Of a stretch of 64,000 nucleotides of DNA, positions 11,550-24,319 are shown piece by piece. The notes under the pieces were generated by a model. The model was given only the letters and a program-made list of their open reading frames with translations, was not told the origin of the DNA and did no database searches. Position 1 is the first letter of the stretch. The number at the start of each line of letters is the position of its first letter. Source of the stretch: the human T2T-CHM13v2.0 reference genome, Homo sapiens; assembly GCF_009914755.1 (NCBI RefSeq), contig NC_060931.1. One strand, given 5' to 3'. The position numbers and the translations under genes were made by a program.

Positions 11550-13254
11550 CTGGGTGTGTAATGTGAATGCGTGTGTAAGTGTGTGTGGGGTGTGTGGTAT
11601 ATAGTGTGTGCTGTGTGTGTGGTGTGTGTCATGGTGTGTGTGTGGTGTTGGTATGTGTTATGATATGTGTTGTTTGTAGTGTGTGTGTTGTTTGTGGTAT
11701 GTGAGTGGTGTGTGTGGTATGTGGTGTGCTTGTTGTGTGCCTATTGTGTGTTGTGTGTCGTGTTGTGTGTGGTGTGTGTCGTGTGGTGTATGTGTTGTGT
11801 GTAGTGTGTGTGGTGTGTGTCCTGTGTGTGTCGTGTAGTGTATGTGTGGTGTGACTGTTGTGTGTGTTGTGTGTGATGATGTGTGGTGTGTGTGTGGTTT
11901 GTGTTGTGTGTCGTGTGATGTGTGTTGTGTGCAATGTCATGTGTGTTGTGTGCAGTGTGCATGGTGTGTGTTGTGTATATGTGGTGTGCCTGGTGTCGTG
12001 TGTTGTGTGTGTCGTGTGTCCTGTGTGTTGGGTTATGTGTTGTGTGTGGTGCATCTGTGTGTGTGTGTGGTGTGTCTGTTGTATGTGTTGTGTGTTGTCA
12101 TGTGTTGTGTCACATGGGTTGTGTGGTGTGTCATGTGTTGTGTCGTGTGTGTTGTGTGTTATATGTGTCGTGTGGTGTGTGTTGTGTGTTGTGTATGTGT
12201 CCTATGATGTCTGTTGTGTGTAGTGTGTGATGTGTATTGTGTGGTGTATGTGTGGTGTGCCTGTTGTGTATGTGTGGTGTGCCTGTTGTATTGTGTCGTG
12301 TGTTGTGTTGTGTGTGTGTTGTGTGTTGTGTGTTGTGTCATGTATGTGATGTGTTATGTGCGTCGTGTGTCGTGTCATGTGTGGTGTGTCATCTGTTGTG
12401 TGCTGTGTGTGTCGTGTGTTGTGTGTTGTGTTGTGTGTGGTGTGATGTGTGTCATCTGGTGTGTTATGTGTAGGAAGTTATGTGTGTCTTGTGGTGTATG
12501 TGTGGTGTGCCTGTTATGTGTATTGTGTGTTGTGTGTCGTGTGTGATGTGTCGTGTGCTGTGTGTGATGTGTGTCATATGTGTGGTGTGTGTCGTGTGGT
12601 GTGTGTGTGGTGTGTGTGTGGTGTCGTGTGTGTGGTGTGTGGTGTCGTGTGTGTGGTGTGTGTGGTGTGTGTCGTGTGGTGTGTGTGGTGTGTGGTGTGT
12701 GGTGTGTGTGGTGTGTGGTGTGTGTGGTATGTGTGGTGTGTGGTGTGTGTGGTGTGTGTCATGTGGTGTGTGTGGTATGTGTGGTGTGTGGTGTGTGTCG
12801 TGTGTGGTGTGTGTGTGGTGTGTGTGGTGTGTGTGTGGTGTGTGTGGTGTGTAGTCTGTGTGGTGTGTGTGTGGTGTGTGTCGTGTGTGTGGTGTGTGTG
12901 TGGTGTGTGTGGTGTCGTGTGTGTGGTGTGTGTGTTGTGTGTTGTGTGTGTGGTGTGTGTGTGGTGTGTGTGGTGTGTGTCGTGTGGTGTGTGTGTGGTG
13001 TGTGTGTGTGGTGTGTGTGTCATGTGGTGTGTGTGGTGTGTGGTGTGTGTGTGGTGTGTGTGTGTGGTGTGTGTGTCATGTGTGTGTGGTGTGTGGTGTG
13101 TGTATGGTGTGTGTGGTGTGTGTGTCGTGTGTTGTGTGTGTTGTGTGTGTGGTGTGTGTGGTGTGTGTGTGTCGTGTGGTGTGTGTGTGTCGTGTGTTGT
13201 GTGTGTTGTGTGTGTGTGGTGTGTGTGTTGTGTGTGTGTTGTGTGTGTGGTGTG
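11550..13254. repeat. 1.7-kb (TG)-rich low-complexity tract
   Basis: Degenerate TG/TGG/TTG/TCG repeats. The 3' ~670 bp is almost pure G/T. Confidence 0.97.
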
Positions 13255-13259
13255 GGTTT

Positions 13260-13860
13260 CATTCATTGGATGGATATTGAGCCTCTCTCTCCCTTTGGGG
13301 CTCCTGCTCACCCCTGGCTTGGGGAGTTTCTCGGGGTGTTTCTCTGAGCACCTCTGGTCCCTTCCTCTGACTCTGATCTCCTAGTTTATTTAACTCGTGG
13401 GGCTGCCTCGACGGATTTCTGCATTTTTCTTATCCCTTTTCTCCTGTTTTCAGTTTTTCTTGGTACTTGGAGATTTCCTCAGCTTTGTCTTCCAAACTTT
13501 CTTTTTTTTATTTTTAATTTTTAATTATTATTTTTTTATTATACTTTAAGTTCTAGGGTACATGTGCACAACGTGCAGGTTTGTTACATATGTATACACG
13601 TGCCATGTTGGTGTGCTGCGCCCGTTAATTCGTCATTTACAGTAGGTATTTCTCCTAATGCTATCCCTCCCCTCTCCCCCCACAGAAAGATTTTGCTTCT
13701 ACTGCCACGGGGCTGTTTTTAATTCCCGAGCGTTCTTTTGGGTGTGTAAGATGGCATCTTGCCTTTGTTTCATGGATGTCACATTTTCTCTGATTTCTCT
13801 GAACATTCTGCTGATATTTTCCATTAGTTTCCTTCTCCCCGTGGTTTTGTTCCACAGAGC
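13260..13860 (-). mobile_element. Ancient L1ME-type relic flanking the short L1PA insert
   Basis: GGAGATTTCCTCAGCTTTGTCTTCCAAAC...TTTCATGGATG..TTTCTCTGA phrases typical of old L1M antisense. Confidence 0.45.
13502..13683 (-). mobile_element. Very short 5'-truncated L1PA 3' end (~180 bp)
   Basis: TTATTATACTTTAAGTTCTAGGGTACATGTGCACAACGTGCAGG...CTCCTAATGCTATCCCTCCCC is an antisense primate L1 3' UTR. Confidence 0.93.
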
Positions 13861-14139
13861 AAATAGTACACTGATCTGTGTCCTGAAGCTCAGGCACCCA
13901 GGGATCTCCTGGGGTTTGATGCCGGGGCTCTCTGAAGTCCGTGGGCAGGGCTCATGGGCCCCTTGCGGACACCCACTTGGGAACCTCACGGTTCAGATCC
14001 AGGGACCTGCTCCCTGGGAGTCCAGCGTCCTTGCAGGGGCCTGCGATGCCTTGTGCGGCCTGGGCCGTGCTGCTTGGCGTCTGCACGCAATGGCGAGGGC
14101 TCCCGGCTCCCTGTGCGGAACCCTGTGCAGCCAAGGGGA

Positions 14140-14415
14140 GGCTCCCGGCCCGGTGTGCAGGTGAGGGGTCTCCCGGCCCCGCGTGCAGGCGAGGGGTCTC
14201 CCGGCCCCGCGTGCAGGCGAGGGGTTTTCCCGGCCCCGCGTGCGGGTGAGGGGTTTTCCCGGCCCCGCGTGCGGGTGAGGGGTTTTCCCGGCCCCGCGTG
14301 CGGGTGAGGGGTTTTCCCGGCCCCGCGTGCGGGTGAGGGGTTTTCCCGGCCCCGCGTGCGGGTGAGGGGTTTTCCCGGCCCCGTGTGCGGGTGAGGGGGG
14401 GTCCCAGCCCCGTGT
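14140..14415. repeat. 29-bp CpG-rich minisatellite, ~9 copies
   Basis: Unit GGTGAGGGGTTTTCCCGGCCCCGCGTGCG, with 28-bp GGGGTCTCCC variants at the 5' edge. Confidence 0.96.
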
Positions 14416-16619
14416 ACTTTTGCTGGTGGCCCTGGTCATGAGGCTTCTCTCCCTGCCCACAGCTGTCCTTGGGGTCTCGGGGTCCAGGGGTTGGCCCCAT
14501 CTCTTGCTGTGCTACAGGCCCAGACCCCCCAGGGTAAAGGACTTACTGACCCCTTTTGGGAATTGTCTCAACTCCAGAGACCTGCCCGTTGGGGCCACTC
14601 CCTCTGGTCCCGTGACTGTGGGCACACCATGTCCAGGCCCCACCCAGGCAGCTCTGAGGGGTCACCTGACCTCGGGGCTTTCTGCTGGGCTGGCGGGGCC
14701 TTCAGTGAGACCCACTGCGGAGGTGCCCATCCCACAGCCAGGGCAGCAGCGCCCTCCTGCTCACCTCCAGCCAAGTTGGCTTCCCAGAGGCTGCAGCCTC
14801 ACCCGCACCCCAGGCTTTCATCCCTCCCCACGCCCTGCCTTTCGGCCTCAGGCTTCTCCAGCATGGGTGAGCTGAAAACACCCACGGAACACCCCTCTAG
14901 GTGGGGTGGGTGGCTGGGCGGCCACCTCACTGGTCCTCGACAGCCCACTGCACCCCCACATCCCCACTGCACCCCTTACTGCACCCCTCCTACATCGCCA
15001 CTGCGCCCCGCTTTGACCTCCAGGGCATCCCTTGTGCCCACTGCACCCCTATGCACCTCCGCATCCCCGCAGCACCCATGGCGCTCCTGCTGTGCCTCAC
15101 TGCACCTCCCGCGGCAGCTCCCTGGGGATCGTCACTGCCACGATGAGTTGCTCAGCTTTCTACCAGCCCGAGCTCTCTTGACCTCCGGCACCTGCTGTCT
15201 TCTCCCCATCGGGTTTCTCCCTTGTGGTCACGTTAGTGATGTTTTGGAGCCGTGGACCAGGGCACCACGTTTCACTGAAATTCACCCCAGGTAGCTGAGT
15301 GTGGCAGGCTCTGCAAAACACCAGAGCAGCATCGCCCAGCAGAAAGGTGGAGCTCTCTGTCTGTCGCCGCGACGTCTCCAGCGTCCCGATGTTGTGACTT
15401 GAGCGCTTGTGAGCTCTGATTGTGGCTGTTGTGTTGGAGATGCAGTCCCCGGACGTGAGACCTGTGCCTGGGGGTGCACAGCTGACCCAGCCCTGCTGGG
15501 GTGTAGCCTCCCTCTGAGCAGAAGGGTGGGTTCACCGGGGGCTCTCTGCTGAGTCCACACATGCAGCCAGGCCTCTCCTTCTCCTGTGCAAGTGTGTAGG
15601 AAGAGAAGAAGCCGCTGAGGGTCAGCCCGGAGTGTCTTAGCACCTGGGATCATGGCTACTCGAGGGCCGTCCTGTCTCAGGCCGGATTTTAGTGAACGTG
15701 CTAAGAAACCATGTTCTGTTGTGTCTTCCCAATGCCTCCTCTGTCGCTCCTGGATGAACAGCCCAGTTCCTATGAGGTCACTCCTATTTCCACTGACTGC
15801 CAGTTTGTTCTTTGGGGTTAAGTGGTGGCATCTCCCTTTTTGTTGAGTGTGGGCCGGGTTTTGAAGGCAGGCACGTTCCTCTCCTGCCCCCGGCAGAGGT
15901 CTGGAGCAGGCAACATTCACTTCTGCACACATCTGTGGAAACCCAGGTGCTGAGTCCTGTTTTTCCTTTTTGAACCCAGTGTGGGGTGTAGACCCTACGC
16001 GGGCACGCCCTTTTGGTAACGAGCCTCTGGCAGGATGCTGTGGTGTCCTGAGATGGGAGGGTTAAAGGAGGCATGAGGTCCTGTGCTGGGATGATGTACT
16101 CGGGCAGCTCCACCCAGCGGAAGCCGTGGTGATCTTACTCTCTTAGGGTCTTGATTTCCTTCCCCCCATCAGTGGAGAGTGGCATCAGCCTCCAAGCAGC
16201 ATGCACAGGAGGACTCAAAGTGGTGGGCGGCGAACAGTGTCCAGAATGCAGCACGTGACCCCCAGATGGACGAGCCCGCTGACCATGGGTGGGCTCAGGG
16301 GCCACCACATCACAGACTAGAAAGTGTCTCACATTTTCAGGGGGCAGCAATGTGAAAACACGTCCGTGGAGAAATTTTGCAGATAATACACCTTCAGCAG
16401 ACAAGAGCTCTTACCATGACTTAAAAGTGTGTGGGTTTGTCTTTTAATTACTAATAAGGTTAATTTTTTCCAAAGCCCTCTGACTCCTCGCCCCTTTAAA
16501 ATAGTGTGGATGCCGTGGGACCTCCACCCGCCCTCATGGTCAGAGGGAGTTGCAGAGCTGCAGGGGACAGGGTCATTTTTGTGCAGTAACCACGGGTGCA
16601 ATAACCAGGCTAGAATATG

Positions 16620-17620
16620 CAGGGATGCAGCTAATTAATGAACCAAATGACAACACCCCTATTAAACCATTGTAATCAGAAGTGAAATCATATCATGCTG
16701 TCGTGGAGACAGCTGTCCTTGGAAGAAGTGAGGACAAGCTTCGCCCTCATTCGCTCTTGGGTGTGATTATCCACACTGGGGTCACTCAACAGCATTCTGG
16801 GCTGGGGAAACACTGCCTCGGAGTTGGCTGGTCAGCGCATGATGGGTTCCTTTGTGTGGGGCAGGCCTGGTTGTGGCATTTGTTTGGAGGGGTGTGTGTG
16901 TGTGTGTGTATGTGTGGTGTCCCCATAAGATTTTTTTGAGACAAGCTGCTGTTTCTCTGCATAAATATAATAGCCTAATTTTAATATTCGCCTGACTGTG
17001 CGTCTAAGTCAGCTGGAGGATGTGTCACAGGAGGAAAATACTAATAGGATATGTGCCAATTTGCAGTTTAAGTAAGGCTGCCTCTAATAGGAGTTGAGAG
17101 CTTTGTATTAACCCCCAACAATGGAGAGAAGCCGTCTTGGCGGCTGATTACTTAGGCAACCTCCAGATAGATCCACACAGCCCATTGAAATTCCAATCAT
17201 TTCCACATCCTATTCCCACCTATATAATTGTCAACTGGCCCTTATCATTATTTATTATGCAAAATTGAATTTTTTTGAAGCGTGAAGAATGAAGTAATTT
17301 CGTATGCAAACAGTTAAACTCTCATGTGTATTCTGATTACGTACGTGTTGATAAATTCACTTATGATGAGTGACAGTGTGAGATTTTGGGGTTGGATCGG
17401 TCAATCCGTGGAAGACACTGATGAAAATGACAAACCTCATGCCAGAAGCGTCCCCGGCACATCTCGGGTGGAGTGTGCAAAATGTCAGTGTCTAGCCGCT
17501 GTCTATTAATAACTAAATATGATTGTGTGTAATGAGCAGAGATTTTTGTGGTGATTGAAGTAGGATTTTTTTGATCTCCCAGATGTTGCTGCTTAGAAAT
17601 TCATATTGCTTTTCTCCTGA
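16620..17620. promoter_or_regulatory. Candidate developmental enhancer / conserved non-coding element
   Basis: Repeat-free AT-rich island inside GC-rich DNA with clustered TAATTA/TAAT, SOX (CATTGT 16668, AACAATGG 17117) and octamer-like sites (ATGCAAAA 17257, ATGCAAAC 17304). Motif evidence only. Confidence 0.4.
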
Positions 17621-18334
17621 TGATGCCTCCTGACCTTCTCAACCCTCTCCACTGTTAGAGCCCCTGTTATTCCCGCACCGCGTTAAGTTGGGGGGCTGAC
17701 GTGTCCTCCGCCACTGGGCCGATGTTCTGCCCTTTGTCAAAGTCCCCTTTTCCCGTGTGGCCCAGCACCTCCTTTAGGATGAGGCTGCACTGGTGGGGCT
17801 GGGAAGGCTGATCAGGAGGTTTGCAGCGCCAGGTCCAGTCCTCACCCCTGGGGTCAGTTTGGCCTCGGACCAGGCACGAGACACCTGGCCTTTTAGGAGG
17901 GGGGAGGTTTGAGGTCAGCAGTGGCCCCAGAGCCTTGGGAGAGGGGCCAGGGGAGGGCCATTCTAGATGCAGCCCAGGGAGCCTGCAGCCCATGGCTACC
18001 CACGAAAAGAAGAGAGGTCTAAGAGGGAGCCCGAGTTCCCACGCAGGGGAGATGAAGACCAGGGCGGGCAGGGGCCTGGCCCAGGTTCCGGAGAAGCAAG
18101 GGGTGCTTCTCGGATATCACGGCGGATGAGAGTGACCCAGAGTCGTTAACCAGAGTGTCTATGCGGCCGTGACGAGGCGTGGACTCGGCTGTCCCCATCA
18201 CGTGTTCATGAGCTGAGTCTTTTATCCAACAGATACTTTCACGGAGCATCCAAAAAAGTTCCCATCATGTGCTGAGAGGCAAAGAAGGCTCAGCCGTGTT
18301 CCTGCCTTGAGGACTTGAGCCAGAAACGGCATAT

Positions 18335-18560
18335 GGGAGAGCCAGGGACAGCACACGGGAGAGCCGGGGAGGGCACACGGGAGAGCCGGGGAGGGCACAC
18401 GGGAGAGCCGGGGAGGGCACACGGGAGAGCCGGGGAGGGCACACGGGAGAGCCGGGAAGGGCACACGGGAGAGCCGGGGAGGGCACACGGGAGAGCCGGG
18501 GAGGGAACACGGGAGAGCCGGGGAGAGCACACGGGAGAGCCGGGGCGGCACACGGGAGAG
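18335..18560. repeat. 22-bp minisatellite, ~10 copies
   Basis: Unit CACACGGGAGAGCCGGGGAGGG. Confidence 0.96.
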
Positions 18561-19171
18561 CAGATGAAGGTAATACATGCAGTGGCCCAGCTCGGGGGTG
18601 TGGATTCTGTGTGAAGATTTCCCTAGAGGAGGGGCTGCAGCCCCCGGAATCTGAAGCCAGAGTTTGTATGAACAGCAGCAATTCCCAAGCCCACGTCTCC
18701 CAGGCCACGGTTTGAGAAATGGAATCTTCCCCCTATGTTAGGATAGTGCTTCATTCCAAAAAAAAAACCCTTCCTAGGGCCAATTCCCAAGTCTAAGTTA
18801 TGAGAACAGAAAGTAAAGTCGAGTCCCTTCAACAGTTCTTGGAAAATGCACCGGGAATGCTCAGTGTTTCTGGAGCCAAAGCCTTAATTCAAACAAGCAA
18901 GCAAACAAACAAGCCTGACGTTGAACATAAAACACATCAATGAAAACAAAGAAAATAATGCAGAGAGGCACATGACTCAGCTCGCAATCAGCGGCCCCGC
19001 GAGGGAGGCAGCCTGTGCACTGGGCACGCCGAAGCCCCTCCGGCGGCGGCTCTTTGTTCCCCGCGTCACCTCACTGCACGCCCCGTCACCAGCGTCGTGC
19101 TCCAGCAGCGGCGCTCCTCCAGCCAAAGAGGGAGGCACTGACGAAACCCGTGCAGTCAAATTCTCGCGGCC

Positions 19172-19847
19172 TGTGGTGGGTTGAATCATGTACTCCTAAA
19201 AGATATGTTCATTGGGAGGCCAAGGCAGGAGGATCACTTGAGCCCAGGAGTTCAAGACCAGCCTGGGAAACATAGCGAGACCCCCTTCTCTACCAAAATA
19301 AATAAATAATAAATAAATAAATAAATAAATAAATAAGCAAGCTGGGTGTGGTGGCTCGTGCCTGAGGGTGTAGAGAGCACCACTGCACTCTACACTAAAA
19401 AAAAAAAAAAAAAAAGGTATAATCAAGGCCTAACCCCCAGTACCTGTGGGTGTGACCTTATTTGGAAATAGGGCCATTACAAGATGTGCTCAGGTGAAGA
19501 TGAGGTGATACTAGGTTAGGGTGGGCCCTGCCTCAATGACTGGTGTCCTTATTTGAAGGTCACGTGAAGACACAGACCCAGGAGGGTTCTGAGAACACCG
19601 GGAGACAATGGAGGCAGAGGCTGGAGCGACACATCTGCGAGCCAGGGGACACCAGGGCTGGCCTGCAGCAGCAGAGGCCGGGAGAGGCAGGAATTACCCT
19701 CCCCCAGCGACTCCAGCAGGGACCTGGCCCTCCAGGGGCTTTGGTTTTAGACTTCCAGCCTCCAGAACCGTGAGACAGTAAATTTCTATCATTTTAAGCC
19801 ATCCAGTTTGTGGCAATTTGTTATGGCCGCCGTGGGAAATTGATACA
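19172..19847 (+). mobile_element. MLT1 (MLT1C-like) MaLR LTR interrupted by an Alu
   Basis: TGTGGTGGGTTGAAT..AAAAGATATGTT | CCTAACCCCCAGTACCTGTG..GACCTTATTTGGAAATAGGG..TTTAAGCCATCCAGTTTGTGG..TGATACA. Confidence 0.85.
19212..19415 (+). mobile_element. AluJ fragment with most of the right arm deleted
   Basis: GGAGGATCACTTGAGCCCAGGAGTTCAAG left arm, (TAAA)n linker, truncated right arm, poly-A. Confidence 0.85.
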
Positions 19848-19901
19848 TAGCCCGACTGGGCTGGTTTGGTGGATTTTAACATGCTAAAAGTTTGTATTTA
19901 G

Positions 19902-20201
<300 letters not shown>

Positions 20202-20274
20202 CTAACATTAAAAAACAGCTTTATTGAGATATAAATCTTGTGCATGCAATTCACACATTTAAAATGTATAATTA

Positions 20275-20593
<319 letters not shown>

Positions 20594-20811
20594 TTAATAT
20601 GTGGCCCTTCATGTCTGGCATCCTTCAGGTAGCATCATGTTTCCAAGCTTCATCCACATTGTAGTGTGTGTCATTCCTTTTTATGGTTTGATACTATTCC
20701 AGTGTATGAAGCTACCACATTTTATTGATCTGTCTGTCAACGGACATGTGGGTTGTTTCCATATTTTGACTATTATGAGTAATGTTGCTGTTAACATTCA
20801 TGTTTACATTT

Positions 20812-21107
<296 letters not shown>

Positions 21108-22436
21108 ATGTTTAAATTTTTGTGTGGACATAGGTTTTGCGTTTCTCTGGGTGTGTGCTTAGGAGCTGACATGCTGAGTCATGGTATCTCTATGTTTAAT
21201 CATTTGAGGAACTGTCAGACTGTTCTCCAAAGCAGCAACACCAGTTTACATTCCCACCAGCAAGGCGTGAGGGTTCTGATTTCTTCACATCCTCACCAAT
21301 ACTTCCTGTTATCTGACTTTTTCGACTCTAGCCATCCTAGTGGGTAGGAAGTGGAAAGTGGTATCTCATTGTGGTTTTGATTTGCATTTCCCTGATGACT
21401 AGTGAAGTGGAGCATCTTTGTATGTGCTTATTGGCCATATGAATATCTTTCTTGGAGAAATGTCTATTCAGATTCATTGGCCATTTAAAAAGTTGGATTA
21501 TTTGTCTCTTTTATTATTGAGTTGTAAGAATTTCTTATGTATTCCAGAAATGAGTCCCTTTTCAGATACAAGATTTGAAAATATTTTATTTCATTCTTTG
21601 GGCTGTCTTTTCACTTTCTTAATGATATCCCTTGAAGCATAAAGGTTTTTAATTTTTTTGAAATATTGTGTTTCAGTATTTTCTTTTTTTGCTTTTGCAA
21701 TTGGTGTCATATCAAAGAATTCTTTGTCAAATCTAAGGTCATGAAGATTCCCCCTGTTTTCTTCTAAGATGTTATAGCTTTAACTTTTACATTTATGTCT
21801 TTCATCCATTTTGAGTTAATTTTTTTATATGGTGTGAGGTAAGGGTTCAGTTTTATTTTTTTCTCTTGTTTTATAGGTGGCTCCACTGGAATCCAGTTGT
21901 CCCAGCATCATTTGTTGAAAGACTATTCTTTCCACACTGAGAAGTCTTGACACCCTTGTTGGAAATCAGTTGACCATAGATGGGACAGTTTATTTCTAGA
22001 CTTTCAGTTCTAATCCATAATGAAGCCAGTACCACACTATTTTGATTACTGTTGCTTTTTAGTAAGATTTGAAATCAGGAAGTGTGGGTCTTTCAACTCT
22101 GTTCTCCTTTTCCAAGATTGTTTTGGCTATTCTGGGTTTCCTGCAATTCCATATGACCTTCAGAATCAGCTTTTTGATTTCTACAAAGACATCAGTTGGG
22201 ATTCGGAAAGGAATTGTGTTGAATTGGTAGATCATTTTAGGGATCACTGCCGTTGTAACAATGTCAAGTCTTTCAATCCATGAACATGGGATGTCTTTCA
22301 ATTTATTTAAAACTTCTTTAAAGTTTTTCAACAATGTTTTGTAGGGTTCCAAGTATAAGTTTTACATTTGTTTTGTCATATGTATTCCCAAGTATTTTAT
22401 TCATTTTGATGCCATTGCAAATGGAATTATTTTCTT

Positions 22437-22724
22437 TTTATTTTATTTTATTATTATTATACTTTAAGTTTTAGGGTACATGTGCACAATGTGCAGGTTA
22501 GTTACATATGTATACATGTGCCATGCTGGTGTGCTGCACCCATTAACTCGTCATTTAGCATTAGGTATATCTCCTAACACTATCCCTCCCGGCTCCCCCC
22601 ACCCCACAACAGTCCCCAGAGTGTGATGTTCCCCTTCCTGTGTCCATGTGTTCTCATTGTTCAATTCCCACCTATGAGTGAGAATATGCGGTGTTTGGTT
22701 TTTTGTTCTTGCGATAGTTTACTA
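22437..22724 (-). mobile_element. Young 5'-truncated L1 (L1PA2-like) with perfect 14-bp TSD
   Basis: AATGTGCAGGTTAGTTAC, GAGAATATGCGG and TTCTTGCGATAGTTTACT diagnostics. TSD GGAATTATTTTCTT at 22423-22436 and 22725-22738. Confidence 0.92.
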
Positions 22725-24319
22725 GGAATTATTTTCTTAATTTAGTTTTTGGATCACTCATTGCAAGTATATAGCAATAAAATTGGTTTTTACAATATCC
22801 ATCTTGTATTATGCTATATTTCCAAACTCATTTGCTAGTTCTAATAGTTTTTAAGTGAATTCCTTAGGATTTTCTGTATATAGGACCATGTTATTTGCAA
22901 ACATAGATAGTTTTACGTCTTCCTTTTCAAACCGAATGCCTTTTCTTTTTCTTGCCTAATTGCCCCGGAAACTCCAATACATTGGTGAACAGCAAGGTGA
23001 GAGTGGACATATCTGTCTTTTTTTGTGACCTTTGTGGGGAAGTATTCAGTATTTCACCATGAAGTATAATTTTAGCTGTGGGTTTTCCATAGATGCCCTT
23101 TCTCTGGTTGAGAACTTCCTATTAGTAGTTTGTTGAGCATTTCTATCATGGAATGAGGTTAGGATTTTGTCAGATGCTTTTTTTCTGCATGTATTGAGAT
23201 GATCATGTGATTTTTGTTCTGTTGATATGAGGTATTACCTTAATTGATTTTAAAATGCTCAACCAATCTTGTATTCCTAAGATAAATCCCACTTGGTCAT
23301 AGAATGTAATTCTTATTATAGCTGCTAAATTCAATCTGCTAGTATTTTGTTGAGGATTTTTGCATCCATATTAATAAGAGATATTGCTTTGTAGTTTTGT
23401 TTTCTTGTGACATCTTTGTCTTGTTTTGGAATTGTATAATACTGGTCTTATTAAATGCTGCACATTCTTTACAAAAAACAAACCCCCAAGCTGTCATTTA
23501 ATACATTTTTCCAGGGATCAACATAAAATTTGATACTCTTGCAGTTACTAAAATCTCCAGTCCAGAGGAACAGGGGCAGCAGATAGCTGGGAGGTGCCCT
23601 TTAAGTGTGTTAAGACAACGATCAGCTGCCCTCAGCACTGATGTCAGCATTGGCATCTCGGGTAGAACCAGTCAGACAGGCAGACACCCGGTGTGGGAGC
23701 TTGGGTTCTGCCTGGCACTGAGAGTTCCTAAAGGCTTGTCTTGGGCACACAGTGTGAGGTGCTGTCTTCTCGCTGGTGCTGAAATTCACGTTTCTGCTGT
23801 GTCTTTCCTGTGAGGGCCAGTCCCAGACATGCTTCTGGACATTACCATATCCCTTCTAGGAAGATGCTGAACATCTCCAGGGACAAATTGGAGCCTGAAG
23901 CCTCAGAGCTACTGATGATGAAGGAAAGAGGCAAACATTCAGGAGCCACAGTGCAAGCTGAGGACAAGAGAAAGGCAAGTGGGGCCAGGCCACACACACC
24001 TTGTTCCCACCTTTGGGCTTTTTATCTTCTTCTTCTTCCGTTTGTGCCGTCTGTAAACCAGGGAGGAGAACGTCTCCTAGAGGGAGGGAGGAGGCAGACA
24101 CCACAGACAGAAGTGGTCTCCATTTCCTCCTCGAGGGCCATTCCTGCGGGAAGCAGTCAAAGCTGGGGGTGCCAACGACAGCCACTTAGTGGGAAAGAGC
24201 CCAGGGAAGCTTTCTGCCTCTGAAAAAAAAAATAGAATTATAGACTGTTCTAGAACAAGGCATTTATGCCAGAATTCCATCTCAGTGACATTGTCATTCA
24301 CAGAGTTGCTTGAGCCCAA

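Noticed and set aside
11629-13384. Cys/Val-rich and His/Thr-rich ORFs resembling metallothionein- or keratin-associated proteins
   Set aside because: Simple translation of (TG)n/(CA)n low-complexity DNA.
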